From NCBI GenBank assembly GCA_010405405.1, contig MU004242.1:159751-223750 (forward strand): a stretch of 64,000 nucleotides of DNA, given 5' to 3'. The notes beneath the pieces were generated by a model, which had not been told where the DNA came from, made no database searches, and worked only from the letters and a program-made list of their open reading frames with translations. Below are positions 46,456-57,901 of this stretch, in pieces. Origin of the DNA: Microthyrium microscopicum. Lineage: Eukaryota. The position numbers and the translations under genes were made by a program. Each line of letters starts with the position of its first letter. Position 1 is the stretch's first letter.

Positions 46456-46708
46456 AAAACGAGCACATCCCCTAAAAGAAGCATACTTGACCGTCGTTGG
46501 GCGCAAGGTATTTATTTTTGTAATTGTCTTTCAGTACTCCTGCGACTCTAGATATCCCCTGCAGTGCATCATGTAGCAAATGCTTACCATGAACAAAATA
46601 CAATGGCATTAGAACCTCCACATATCAAACATCGCTTCATACAATCTTGCACCACCATTGTGCCTTATATTAACTCCAGATCCTGTACACATATACCCAT
46701 GAACGCAC

Positions 46709-48265
46709 CTATTGCTGCATAGGCTTAAGATCCTCCGAAACTTCAAATGGCGCTTGCGTCTTACTCTTAATCTCCTCCACACTAACTCCCTCCGCATGCT
46801 CAATCAGCGTCAATCCCTTGCTGAAATCCACATCAAACACCGCCAACTCCGTAATAATTCTGCTCACACACGCTTTGCCCGTCAACGGAAACTGACACTG
46901 ATCTAGAATCTTCGGCCGTCCTTTCTTATCCGTATGCTCCATCGTAACCACCACCTTCGTACTCTCCGGATTGGAAACCAAATCCATCGCGCCCCCAAAA
47001 CCCTTCAATTTCCCAGGCAACATCCAATTCGCCAGATCGCCATGCGCGCTCACCTGCATAGCGCCCAAGATCGTAAGGTCAATTTTCCCCGCCCGTATCA
47101 TCCCAAACGATTCCTCACTCCCAAACGTCGCAGCACCAGGCAGGAGCGTAACAGTCTCTTTGCCCGCATTTATAAGATCTGCATCTTCCTGGCCTGGCTG
47201 TGGATACGGACCCAGACCAAGGATACCGTTCTCAGATTGTAATTGGACTTCGACGCTTGGATCTACGAAAGATGGCGCAAGCATTGGCATACCGATTCCT
47301 AGGTTCGCATACATGCCGTGTTTAAACTCCTTTGCTGCACGTCGTACGATACGTTCGCGTTTCGCTTCCTTCTCGCCACCGCCGGATATACTTTTGATAG
47401 CCTCGTCTTTTGATTTTGCGTGCACGGTTTTCTCGATGCGTTTTTCGGCGTGGCTTTGTACGATGCGGTCGACGTAGATGCCTGGTACGTGGACATTGCC
47501 TGGCTCAATTTCACCTGGCTCGACGATATGTTCAGCCTCAACGATAGTGACTTTTGCATTACGCGCCATTGCGCCGTTGAAGTTTTGCGCGGTTAGTCGG
47601 AAGGCGACGTTGCCGAGCCGGTCTGCTTTCCACGCTTTTATGAGCGCATAGTCGCCTTTGATGGCTTCTTCCAGGACGTATGTCTTTCCGTTGAATACCC
47701 TACTGTCTCGCGCGGTGGCTTTGATGGATATGGTTTTTCCGTCGGGGGCTAGTCGGACTGCCATGTCGCCGGTTTGGACGACGGTGCCGACGGCGGCGGG
47801 CGTGTAGAAGGCGGGGATGCCGGCGCCGCCGGCGCGGCAGCGTTCGGCGAGGGTGCCTTGGGGGGTGAGTTCGACTTCTAGTTCGCCTTTGAAGTACATT
47901 GATTCGAAGACTTTGTTTTCGCCGACATAGCTTGCTACCATGCGTTTGATTTGTTTGCTCTCTAAGAGTAAACCGAGGCCGGAGCCAGGTACGCCGGCGT
48001 TATTCGAGACTGCGGTTAGGCCTGTGATGTCTGGCCGGTCTTTGACGGCTGTGATGAGTGTATCTGGTACGCCGGAGAGACCGAAGCCTCCGCAGAGAAC
48101 TGTGCTGTTTGACCGCATGTCTTTTATAGCGTCTGCTGCGGAGTTGAAGACTTTGGAAAGTTTGGGTGGTGCGCCGGCTGTTGTTGTTGAGGAGTGTCGT
48201 TTTGCGATTATGGAGGAGGGGAGGGGACGCCATGAGAGGCGCAGGCGGATTGTTAGGGAGGACAT
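46709..48265 (-). CDS. Succinyl-CoA:3-oxoacid CoA-transferase (SCOT), mitochondrial
   Basis: [44 protein letters not shown] (catalytic Glu), GGAMDLV; Arg-rich presequence. Confidence 0.96.
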   Translation of the reverse strand: MSSLTIRLRLSWRPLPSSIIAKRHSSTTTAGAPPKLSKVFNSAADAIKDMRSNSTVLCGGFGLSGVPDTLITAVKDRPDITGLTAVSNNAGVPGSGLGLLLESKQIKRMVASYVGENKVFESMYFKGELEVELTPQGTLAERCRAGGAGIPAFYTPAAVGTVVQTGDMAVRLAPDGKTISIKATARDSRVFNGKTYVLEEAIKGDYALIKAWKADRLGNVAFRLTAQNFNGAMARNAKVTIVEAEHIVEPGEIEPGNVHVPGIYVDRIVQSHAEKRIEKTVHAKSKDEAIKSISGGGEKEAKRERIVRRAAKEFKHGMYANLGIGMPMLAPSFVDPSVEVQLQSENGILGLGPYPQPGQEDADLINAGKETVTLLPGAATFGSEESFGMIRAGKIDLTILGAMQVSAHGDLANWMLPGKLKGFGGAMDLVSNPESTKVVVTMEHTDKKGRPKILDQCQFPLTGKACVSRIITELAVFDVDFSKGLTLIEHAEGVSVEEIKSKTQAPFEVSEDLKPMQQ

Positions 48266-48557
48266 GATTGCGGTGTTCGAGGGAGGGTGAGGCCGCGAAC
48301 AATTGGCGATGTGAGGCACTGTATAAGTTATTTGTTGTTGTTATTTTATCATGGGGGATAAATGTTTAGACGGGAGATCACGATGCCGATGCCGCAGCCG
48401 AATGGTTGAGATGTGGAGATCAATGGGGTTGGGGGACGGCTAGTGCCGGGAGGTCGGTATTGGCGTCGGGAGATGTTGTTCAGGGGCTCAGGGGGAAACT
48501 CAACACCATGGGTATCGTGAGATTTGATATACTAGTCATGTCTTGTAAGTCTAATTT

Positions 48558-48701
48558 CTGTACATGATTATTGCTGTACATGATTATTGCTGTATATGGT
48601 TGTTGCTGTATATGGTTATTGCTGTATATGGTTATTGCTGTATATGGTTATTGCTGTATATGGTTATTGATGTACATGGTTTTCGCTGTACAGCGTTATT
48701 G
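48558..48701 (+). repeat. 16-bp minisatellite, nine units (CTGTAYATGRTTATTG)
   Basis: Direct tandem array without spacers, abutting the oxoprolinase stop codon. Confidence 0.93.
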
Positions 48702-48702
48702 A

Positions 48703-51700
48703 TCAAGCTGATGCTTCAGCTGTTGCCTGTCTCGAAGCAATACTTCCACCACGCCACGCCTGCTTCGGATCTTTTCTAGAAACCGCAGCACTTTCATCAC
48801 CAGACTTTCCCCAAGCACCACCACCCGGCGTCATCACAATGATACGCTCACCTGGTTTCATCTCCGCCGTATTCTTGCCTCCCAGATTAACAAATCCATA
48901 TTGTGTCTGGTCTTCCTCTCCATATGCCTCAACTTTCACACCGCCCAGCTCTTGGACCTTGTCATTCTCGTCTTTACTGGCATCCGAATTAGCATCTGGC
49001 TTCGGCACCTTCCGCACCCAAGTATTAAGCCCACACTCCCCATCCCCTCCACCCTCCAATCCATACGGATGATACACCCGTCTTTCACTCAGTATACTGA
49101 CAGTAACTGGGATTCGAAACTCGATATCCCTGATCACTCCTTCACCACCCTTGTGTTGACCCTTCCCACCACTCCCACTCCTCAACCCAAACTCCCTCAA
49201 GATAACCGGATATCGTCTCTCAAATACCTCCGCATCTGTAATTCTCGTATTCGTCATATGTGTATGCACACCACTCTCCCCTTCCCACGTCGGACCCGCG
49301 CCCGCACCACCTGCGATCGTCTCATAGTAGCCGAAGCCTTTGACTTCCTCTTCGCCGGTCTTGTTGCCGCCAAATCCAAAGGTCAGATTATTGCAGTCTC
49401 CCTGGGACGCAGCGCAAGCGTGGAAAGCTTTCAGGACGACGTCCGTGACGCGCTGGGAGGTGAGTACATTGCCGCCAACGACGGCAGCGTGGTCGGAGGG
49501 ACTGAGGAAGGAATGTGGTGGAATGCGGACGTGGATGGGCGCAAGACAGCCTTGGTTTAGGGGAATGTCTTGCGAGATTAAGCAGCGGAGGCAGTAGATT
49601 ATTGCCGAGTAGGTTACTGCTTCTGGCGCATTTGTGTTTGCTATGAATCGTCAGTACCTATATGCGCAAAGGGTTGATGGGAGGACTCACCGTATACTTC
49701 GCCACCGGTACCCTCAAAGTCAAAAACCGCTTCACCCTTCTCAGCATCGATTTCGACGCGCAGACAGATCGGACTGCCATCATCCATGTAATCTACAGCT
49801 CGCAAATCGCGGCCCTCAAACTTTTTGCTAACATCTTTGAGGAGTTTGCGCACACTCTGCTCCGCATTATCTTGTATGGCATGCATGTAGAACTGCACCA
49901 CATCCTCTCCATAATCCCCAATAAGCGTGCTGATAAGGTTGATACCCTTCTGGTTCGCCGCAACCTGCGCCTTAAGATCATTAATATTATCCGCCAAACA
50001 CCTCGTCCCCGAACATCCCGGATACTGCGCCGGTTCATCTTTCAACAGGAACGTAATCCTCTCCTCGTTAAATTTGCCTTCAGACACCAACTTCTCACTC
50101 TTAATCGCCGCGCCCTCCTGATAAAGTTCGCGGCTATTTGGCGGCATTGACCCGGGCAAGATACCACCAATATCAGCATGATGAGCCCGACTAGCAACAT
50201 AAAACACAATGGTATCCCCACTAAACGCCGGCGTAATGACTGTGATATCAGGTAAATGTGTGCCACCAAACATCGGATGATTCGACACCAACACATCGCC
50301 CTTCTTCAGTTTACCACGCCATATCTCAGCCTGTTTCTTGACGCACGTACTCATACTGCCCAAATGTACCGGCAAATGCGGCGCATTAGCGACGAGTCCA
50401 CCATCAGCATCGAAGAGTGCGCATGAGTAGTCGAGACGTTCTTTGACGTTTGTGGAGACGGAAGTCTTTTGAAGCGCGCGCCCCATTTGTTCGGCAATGG
50501 CCATGAAGCGGTGGGCGAAGATGGAGAGCATTATGGGATCGAGATGGCTTGTATCTATCTTTGTGTCGTGGGTGGAAGAGTCGCCTATGTTGATTACGAC
50601 GTGGGTGTCTATTATTAGGGCGGAGGCGTCGGGTGTTATTACGATGGTTTGTGTACCGTCTGCGAGGATTGCTGGGCCGGTTATGCGTGTGCCTACGTCT
50701 AGCTGTTCGATTTTGTAGATTGGTGTATCCAGTCTGCCACCCTCGAAGTAGACTTTCCGCGTTGCGTATGCCTCGGGTGTGCTGTCGACTGGTTTTATGG
50801 ACTGGAGTTGTTGGTCGACGGTCTTTTCGAGGCCGTTGAAGGATTTGCCGATGCCGCGGACGCGCACATCGTCGACGACTATGTCACGGTCGGGAAGGGT
50901 GAAGCCGAATTCTTGGTCGTGTTGTTTGACAAAGGCTTTTCCGAATGCCCAGTCGTCGTTGTCATATTCTTTGGCGTCTTCTTGAGAGGGTTTGACGACC
51001 ATGAGAGCTGATTCTGTGCCACGGTATCGCATGTTGAGGTATTCTTCGAATGCGATTTTGTCTTCGGGGAAGCCTTGCTCTGTCAAGGACTCAGTAGCCT
51101 TTTGTTTGAGATCAGACATCTTTGATTGAAGATATTCCTTCGTTTCGCCATCATCATCTGTCCATATTTTGGAATCAGGTTCTTGACGCTCATCTACGAC
51201 ATCTGCTAATGCCATTCCATAAGCAGAGAGTACTGATGAATATCGGTGCACCAGGATCTGGCGAATGCCTAAAGCTTCTGCAATAGCGACAGCGTGCTGT
51301 CCGCCGGCTCCTCCAAAGGTTGCAAGCCTATGTTTTGAAGTATCATGTCCTCGAGCCTCTGTCAACGACCTTATAGGTCTCGTCATGGTCTCGTTGGCAA
51401 TCTTGATGAATCCATAGGCAACCTCGTCCAGGCTCATTTCTTTTCCAGACTCTTGCTTGATATCCTTATTGATTTGCTCAGCTAGTTCTCCAAAGAGTTT
51501 CTTGCTCGCTTCTTCATCCAGCCCCTGATCTTCGTTTTCACCGAAGATCTTCGGAAAGAAATCCGGAAGCAACCGACCAAGAAACAAGTTTGCATCAGTA
51601 ATGGTTAGTGGCCCATCCTTTCGATAACAAGCAGGTCCAGGATGCGCTCCAGCAGATTCCGGCCCAACAACGAAAAGTCCATTCTTCCAGAACAATCGCG

Positions 51701-52877
51701 ATCCACCACCAGCAGCCACAGTATTGATATCCAATTGTGGACTTTGAATTGTGACACCAGCAGTAGTAGTCTCAAATACATGATCGTATCGACCAGCACC
51801 ATATCGGCTAACGTCCGTACTCGTTCCACCCATATCAAAGCCTATCACTGGAATTTTTGTTTCCGGATCATAGCTTGTCAAAGCATAGCCGACAACACCC
51901 CCAGCCGGTCCGGAAAGAATGGCGCGCAGTCCAGAGAAGCCAGCTACATCCACAAGCCCACCATCACTCTGCATAAACTCGCAACGCGCTCCCTTATTAC
52001 CCTCCTCCTTTTGCACACTCTTCGTGCCCAAGCCACCCTCGAAACCTTGACTAAAGCCATCAATGTACTTCCGGATCGCGGGTGTAAGATACGCATCCGC
52101 GCATGCGCTGGTGGCCCGCGGAACTAGTTTAATCATAGGCATCAACTCACTCGACAAACTAACATGCCCGAATCCAATGTCCCTCGCCACCTTCCCCACA
52201 ATATTCTCATGTTCAGGAAACGTGTAGCTGTGCATCAAACATACAGCCACACTCTTGATGCCAGCATCAAATACTTCCTGTAACTGTTTTCTCAAGCCAT
52301 CCTCGTCAAGAGTCTTAAGTATCCGCACCGCTTCCCCTGACAGTCCCTTTACCACTTTGGCATCTTTTGCTTTTGCCGAGTCTATCGACGGCGCATCAGT
52401 CTGCGACCGCTCAGGATCCTCCGCATAATCCTCCAACGTAACCCTCTCCTCAACCTCCACAACCCTCTTATACAACACCTCTGGTTTCCGAATATCCAGA
52501 TCAAAGATATTTGGCCTGCTCTGATTACCAATAACCAAACAATCCTTAAACCCTTTCGTAACCACCAGCGCACAATCCTCGCCTTTCCGTTCCAACAACG
52601 CGTTCGTCGCCACCGTAGTACCCATGCGAATCGACTCTATCTTACTAGTGTCTAGAGGGTCGCCGCGCGGGATTTCAGTGCCGGCGAAATTAGAGAGGAG
52701 ACGCCGGATGCCTTCGAGGGGCGCGTCGGGGTAGTTCGTTGGGTCGACGGAGAGGAGTTTTATGACGACGTCGTCGGACATGTGGCCGGTGCCGGGGTTG
52801 CCGATACAGTCGGTGAATGTGCCGCCGCGATCTATGGCTATGCGGATGCCGGTTGATTGTGGTTTGTCGTTGGCCAT
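48703..52877 (-). CDS. OXP1: 5-oxoprolinase (ATP-hydrolysing), intron 49641-49690
   Basis: [50 protein letters not shown]...[23 protein letters not shown]. Confidence 0.97.
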
Positions 52878-54294
52878 TGTCCTAGAATGTTCCAGTGTTG
52901 GGTTTTGGCAACAGCAGGATATGTATGTATGCGGGAAGGGGTCAATTGAATGTGTTAACGGATATAGATCTTTCTGATGAAGGTATAGTTGGACAAATTC
53001 AAGGATTCAATATTCCTAACAGAATTATAAGATCCAACTTGATCTTTTTCCCCCAGAAATGGACTTGGGAGCGCAAAACGCATCAGATACTGATATCATT
53101 CTCTTGAATAGGTACCCCACGTCAACCAATGAGCGGGGTCAATGACGACAATGGGTCGTCAAATCTTATCTTATCGTTGGCGATTCACGATCAGTTCCAA
53201 CTTCATGTCCTCTTCAAGGGAGACATATATATCCAGCATCTACTCCGCTTCTCTCCTATCCTCCGGACTCTATCAAATTCTAAAGTACTCTTTCTTCCAA
53301 ACTATTCACCGTGTCTTTCTGCCCCTTAGAGTACTGCAGCTCCGTCAAGTTAGCTTGGTAACCTTACCACTCCCGTACTCGTATGTCTCCCGCCATCAGG
53401 CCAAGTCGCAGAACTTAGCACTCCCACGATCCATGGTTCGAGCTTTCCAGCATCAAACTTCAAATCATGATTCTATTGATGGCCACACACAATGGGCCCC
53501 GCTAGCACTTTATGCGCTAGTCAACATCACGTCTGCCATTTGGATTCTATAAAGCCTCTGCATCCCTCCCCAATTTCTCTTCGCTCTCCAGCTTTTTCTT
53601 TGTCTAACCTATGACCCTTTGTCAAACCACTGCCAAGACTTTATTGTCATAGAACTCTCGTCAAAGAACTTTCAACATACAGCAAAACACCAGATCAACT
53701 TCTATCACGGATCATCTATCTTGATCAGCTTGACAGACTCCGTTTGTTCATCTCAGCGATCACAGCGGCCTCAAGACAAATCATCTTCTCGCAGCAAGAA
53801 CTTATTGCAGCAGAATTTCCAGCTCCGAGTTCTCAGGCTAGCTATTGTTCCATCATTGACAATACCAAAATCTGAATCTTGGTCCTGTCCTTGAACTAGC
53901 CACTAGTCAACCAAACCACCTCAATAAGGTCCCGCCACACCAATCAATACCGACCTCAATACACAATATCCTGCCAATAATCACTGAACCTGGTGCACCA
54001 TCAACCAAGTCACTCTTCACAACCACGAATATCCACGGCAGTCATTGTCATTGATCCTCAATAAAAATTTGGGTCGCCAATTCGCTTATTGAACGCTTTT
54101 TCCAACTTACCACCTTTGGATACTGACTTGACCAACACTACTTCGCTACCATCAACATTTACTCCAACAACTCTTTTCCTCTCAAACATTTCGCACTTCT
54201 TGAGTCTTGCGACAATTTCGAGATTTACCAGCAACTTTTCGACTACCCTGTCAACGTCAAACGCCATCAAACTTTTCCGACAAACCATTTCATC

Positions 54295-55497
54295 ATGTCT
54301 TCCACTCGACAGATCCCTTCTATCTTTGGATATCCAGAAGACGCTGACTCTGTCTCCAACAGCACTTCCGCATCTCCGGAGGCTCATGATCCAGTGGACG
54401 ATCTGTTCGAAACCGACGAGTCCATGGACAATCTATTCAAGGAGCCAGCACAAGCCAAGTCTCGTGCCGCTGACTCTCGTCCCGTCAAGGACGTAGCCAC
54501 CAAAACACCAACTGGCGCTCGCAAACTCACGGATTTGGCCTACGCAACGCTCAAAAAGAATGTCCATCTACTATGGGAAGCTCCAGCCATGCCAGAGAAC
54601 ATGCTTCTCCCACTCTGCCGTCTAGTCACCTCCGCTGACCAGCTCGAGTCCCTTGAGAAATCCAACCCCCTTCTTCAAGGCCAACTCGGCGATTGCTGGC
54701 TCAAGTTCATGAAGCGCGACATTCTCGGTTGGTACAAAATGCTCGTCGCCGTTCAAAAGGATAAGAGCAAGAAGCTCACCGAAGCGGACATTGCATTCAA
54801 CGCAACCCATCGCACTTATCGCCGTCTCCAGCAACGCATGGTCCACGAGGAAGAAAAGGCCATCAAGCAACTCCAAGCCGCCCGAGTCAAGGAGGAAGCT
54901 GCCCGCGATGCCAAGCAGACCCGCGTCGTCGCTATTCCTCTCAAGAAGGGCCGCCTGGCTGGCAAGTATGCAGGCGTGTCTGATGGACTTGGTCAGTCTC
55001 AAAGCGCCGATGGTAGCTTACGCTTTGCGGGTGGCTCTCGCACAAAGGCCAACACAGGCAAAGGCGCCCTCCTCAAGATGCAGCGTCAATGCAACGAGGA
55101 GCGTCTTCAGCGTCGTGGTCCTCTAGCCACACCACTCCACCTGCGCAAACCAGCAGCGCAAGCTGCCCCAAAGCCTGATGCGCGCTTCTCTCCTCCCCAG
55201 ACATCATATACGCCACGCAAGGAAAGAACCGGCGTCGCGTACTCCGAAGCGAATACTCGCCCTGTACCTACCCCCAAGATAGCTCCGTCCACCAAGATCG
55301 AGCCCCAGCAAACGGCAGTCAAACGCAAAGCTGACGATGCCGACCTTGAGGCTGCCATTCTAGCCAAGCGTAACCGCGTTGGCGTCTTTGAGGACAAAAC
55401 GGGCCCTTATGCGGGCATGAGAGTTCGACGACTTGCGGCTCGCAAACCACCACAGGTTCTGATTATGAAGAAGCCAACGCCTAAGCGAGTAGTGTGA
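54295..55497 (+). CDS. Elongin A (SIII subunit A)-like protein, divergent
   Basis: LTDLAYATLKKNV..L..(APA)MPENMLLPLCRLVTSADQLESLEKSNPLLQG....WLKFMKRDI follows the fungal Elongin A pattern; followed by a coiled coil and a basic tail. Confidence 0.75.
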   Translation: MSSTRQIPSIFGYPEDADSVSNSTSASPEAHDPVDDLFETDESMDNLFKEPAQAKSRAADSRPVKDVATKTPTGARKLTDLAYATLKKNVHLLWEAPAMPENMLLPLCRLVTSADQLESLEKSNPLLQGQLGDCWLKFMKRDILGWYKMLVAVQKDKSKKLTEADIAFNATHRTYRRLQQRMVHEEEKAIKQLQAARVKEEAARDAKQTRVVAIPLKKGRLAGKYAGVSDGLGQSQSADGSLRFAGGSRTKANTGKGALLKMQRQCNEERLQRRGPLATPLHLRKPAAQAAPKPDARFSPPQTSYTPRKERTGVAYSEANTRPVPTPKIAPSTKIEPQQTAVKRKADDADLEAAILAKRNRVGVFEDKTGPYAGMRVRRLAARKPPQVLIMKKPTPKRVV

Positions 55498-56365
55498 TGA
55501 GCTATGATTTGATTTTGATTGATTTTGAGCATGGTGTTGGATAGGATTGGGACTCATTGCATGGCATGGTTTGGGGTGGATGGCATCAAAGGCACTTATG
55601 GTATTATGATTTGTAGAAGTAATTGATTGACATGAACACTTGAAACTTGGCTCTTATATGTGATTTGCCCGGACTCTCTCATTCAGTGTTCTACCGTCCA
55701 AGAACTATGAAATTCATTGACGGGCGTTCTCATTGATTGCTCTACGCCGACATGTAGCAGAAAACTTGGCTGCTTTAAACCTCTCTTTTTCATAGGCATA
55801 CACACCTTTTCTGTATGCTTTGCGATGACGGCTACCGTAGGCGTGCGAATATGGCACTGTTCAGCCCATGCTTATTGTAGGTCGTCTTTTTCAATAAGCT
55901 CACAAGCTCCAAACGTCATCCGCGACGAATGTGCTAGCATGTGCCGTACGTTTGATTTCTTCATCATGATACGTACTACGTCAATATTTTCTGGCCGATT
56001 ACTGTAGTCTTCAGGGAACAAGCATACTGTTTTGATCAATTGCCCTTTTCTCTATCAAATAATGCCAATTGATCACTTGACTATTTACTGAAAGTTTGTC
56101 TGTGCCAGCAATTTCTTCAAGGCTTTATATGCCACAGGTAGCGATTGAACAGTGTGTATACTATAACAATTCCTTGTACGATGTTGAGGCGAGTGGTTAG
56201 ACTGTAGAGATCGAATGGTACAAATACAGAATAGATTTCTTTGGCAGTTCGTTAATTCGTTGCATATATTTATCTTTAATGCATATATAATGCTTTAGTC
56301 TTGCAAGCTCATTTTCTCAACTCAAAAGCTGCCGCCCTACCCTCAAACCTGCTCTATACGGTAGC

Positions 56366-57235
56366 TCATTCATCGTCCTCGTCGTCCAAGCCAAAGCCTT
56401 GAAAAGCCGTCTTCTTCGGCCTCTCCATGGAACCGACCACCTGCGCACGCTCTCTCGGTATCGCACTCAATGGCGCAATATCTTCCATCGCAGTCTCCGG
56501 TCGTTGTTCCGTCTGTATTGTCAATTCTTCTACTGGCGCGACCTTTGGAATCAGGCCCAGATCAGCTGGTAAGAGGCCCTCGTTGACCTGTTTTGTGATA
56601 GCGGACAGTGCGCTTGCCTGAATTTCATCGGCATTGGGAAACGGAAGGAAGAGAGCGCGCTGGTTCGCCTGTAGCATTTCTTGCTCAGCAGATGGTAAGT
56701 TTGACCAGGCAAAATCGTCTTTTTTCGTTGCTCCCTCGCTTGTATCCGTCTGCGCTGGTTCTAGCACGTCTGGAATCGCCGCTGCTTCCGTCGCTGGTGC
56801 ATCCTCTGGTACTGGCTCCTCCACCTTGCGCTCATCCGGCATGGTATGTGGTACCGTAAAGCGGCTGATATTCTTTGCAAATCTCAATAACTCCGCAACA
56901 CCGACTTCCCGTCCCTTGGTGCTGACTTCTGTCCATTCTAAATCGACCAATTGACTTCTCAGATCAGCGATAGTCCGAACGCTCTCTTTGACCTGGTTGT
57001 CCAAGCTGTCGGCGAGCGCGCGTAGTTGCAGAAGGCGGGCGTAGTTATCCTGGTGCTCGCGCAGAGTCGCGAGGCAGGCAATGAAGGTATCTTCGGCGTC
57101 CATGAGTGAGTGAATAGCTGGTATTGAAGGGGTATATTTTGTGATGGAGGTCAAAAGCGCGTTGGTTTGGGACTCGAGGGCAGCGAGGGCGGATGTTGTT
57201 TGTAGGCCCATTGTTTTGGCGGGGGTTCGCGCCAT
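56366..57235 (-). CDS. MED4: Mediator complex subunit 4
   Basis: Coiled coil L..L.EHQDNYARLLQLR, then VAELLRFAKNISRFTVP, LPFPNADEI, and an acidic end FGLDDEDDE. Confidence 0.88.
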   Translation of the reverse strand: MARTPAKTMGLQTTSALAALESQTNALLTSITKYTPSIPAIHSLMDAEDTFIACLATLREHQDNYARLLQLRALADSLDNQVKESVRTIADLRSQLVDLEWTEVSTKGREVGVAELLRFAKNISRFTVPHTMPDERKVEEPVPEDAPATEAAAIPDVLEPAQTDTSEGATKKDDFAWSNLPSAEQEMLQANQRALFLPFPNADEIQASALSAITKQVNEGLLPADLGLIPKVAPVEELTIQTEQRPETAMEDIAPLSAIPRERAQVVGSMERPKKTAFQGFGLDDEDDE

Positions 57236-57901
57236 CTTGATGTTGTGATAGTGGTTCTGGTGGATGATTGAGGATTGATTGATTTACGAATGGATGCTTG
57301 GATGTATCACGCCCGGATGCCTGGAATGGGTGAATGTCAATATAATTACGGCGGGTCGCTAGCTCGGTATACGCTGGGTTTGAAGTTTGTGGGGAAGTTG
57401 AGATTCTATCGAATGATGTAGTTCTTTGTCCCATTCATGTCTGGGCTGGATTTGAGGTGAGATGCAAATACAAAGTGTAGGGCTTTATCGTAAGATGCAA
57501 TATATAAGAAAAAACGAAACGAACAAAGAATCTAACAGAGTATGAGATATGATCTTGTTGAAAAAGGAAGGAAGGATCGACAAACTCCAAGCGGGAAGCT
57601 GCAAGGCAAGAAGAGTGCATTAGCTTGATTTAAAGCACAGGCCAGAGCGATGGGCCAGCTCGAGCTCGACACGACTGCTCTTTCTCTTTGCAGTCAAGTG
57701 CTCCTTCTTTGCTTGGCCGGTTGATGGACGTGCCTACCGCTGCCAACGACTTCGTACTTGGTTGTCCCATCGCTCTTGCTCTTTGCGCCCGCATCACCAC
57801 CTAAAGCTCCTTCCTTCTCCCAATCCCAACCTGCCACTCTCATTCTTCCATATACAAACACCCATCAGGCCATGCTCTAAACTGACCGCAGCTTCAAAGC
57901 C

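Noticed and set aside
48558..48701. CRISPR-like array
   Set aside because: Contiguous 16-bp units with no unique spacers, in a fungal genome; this is a minisatellite.
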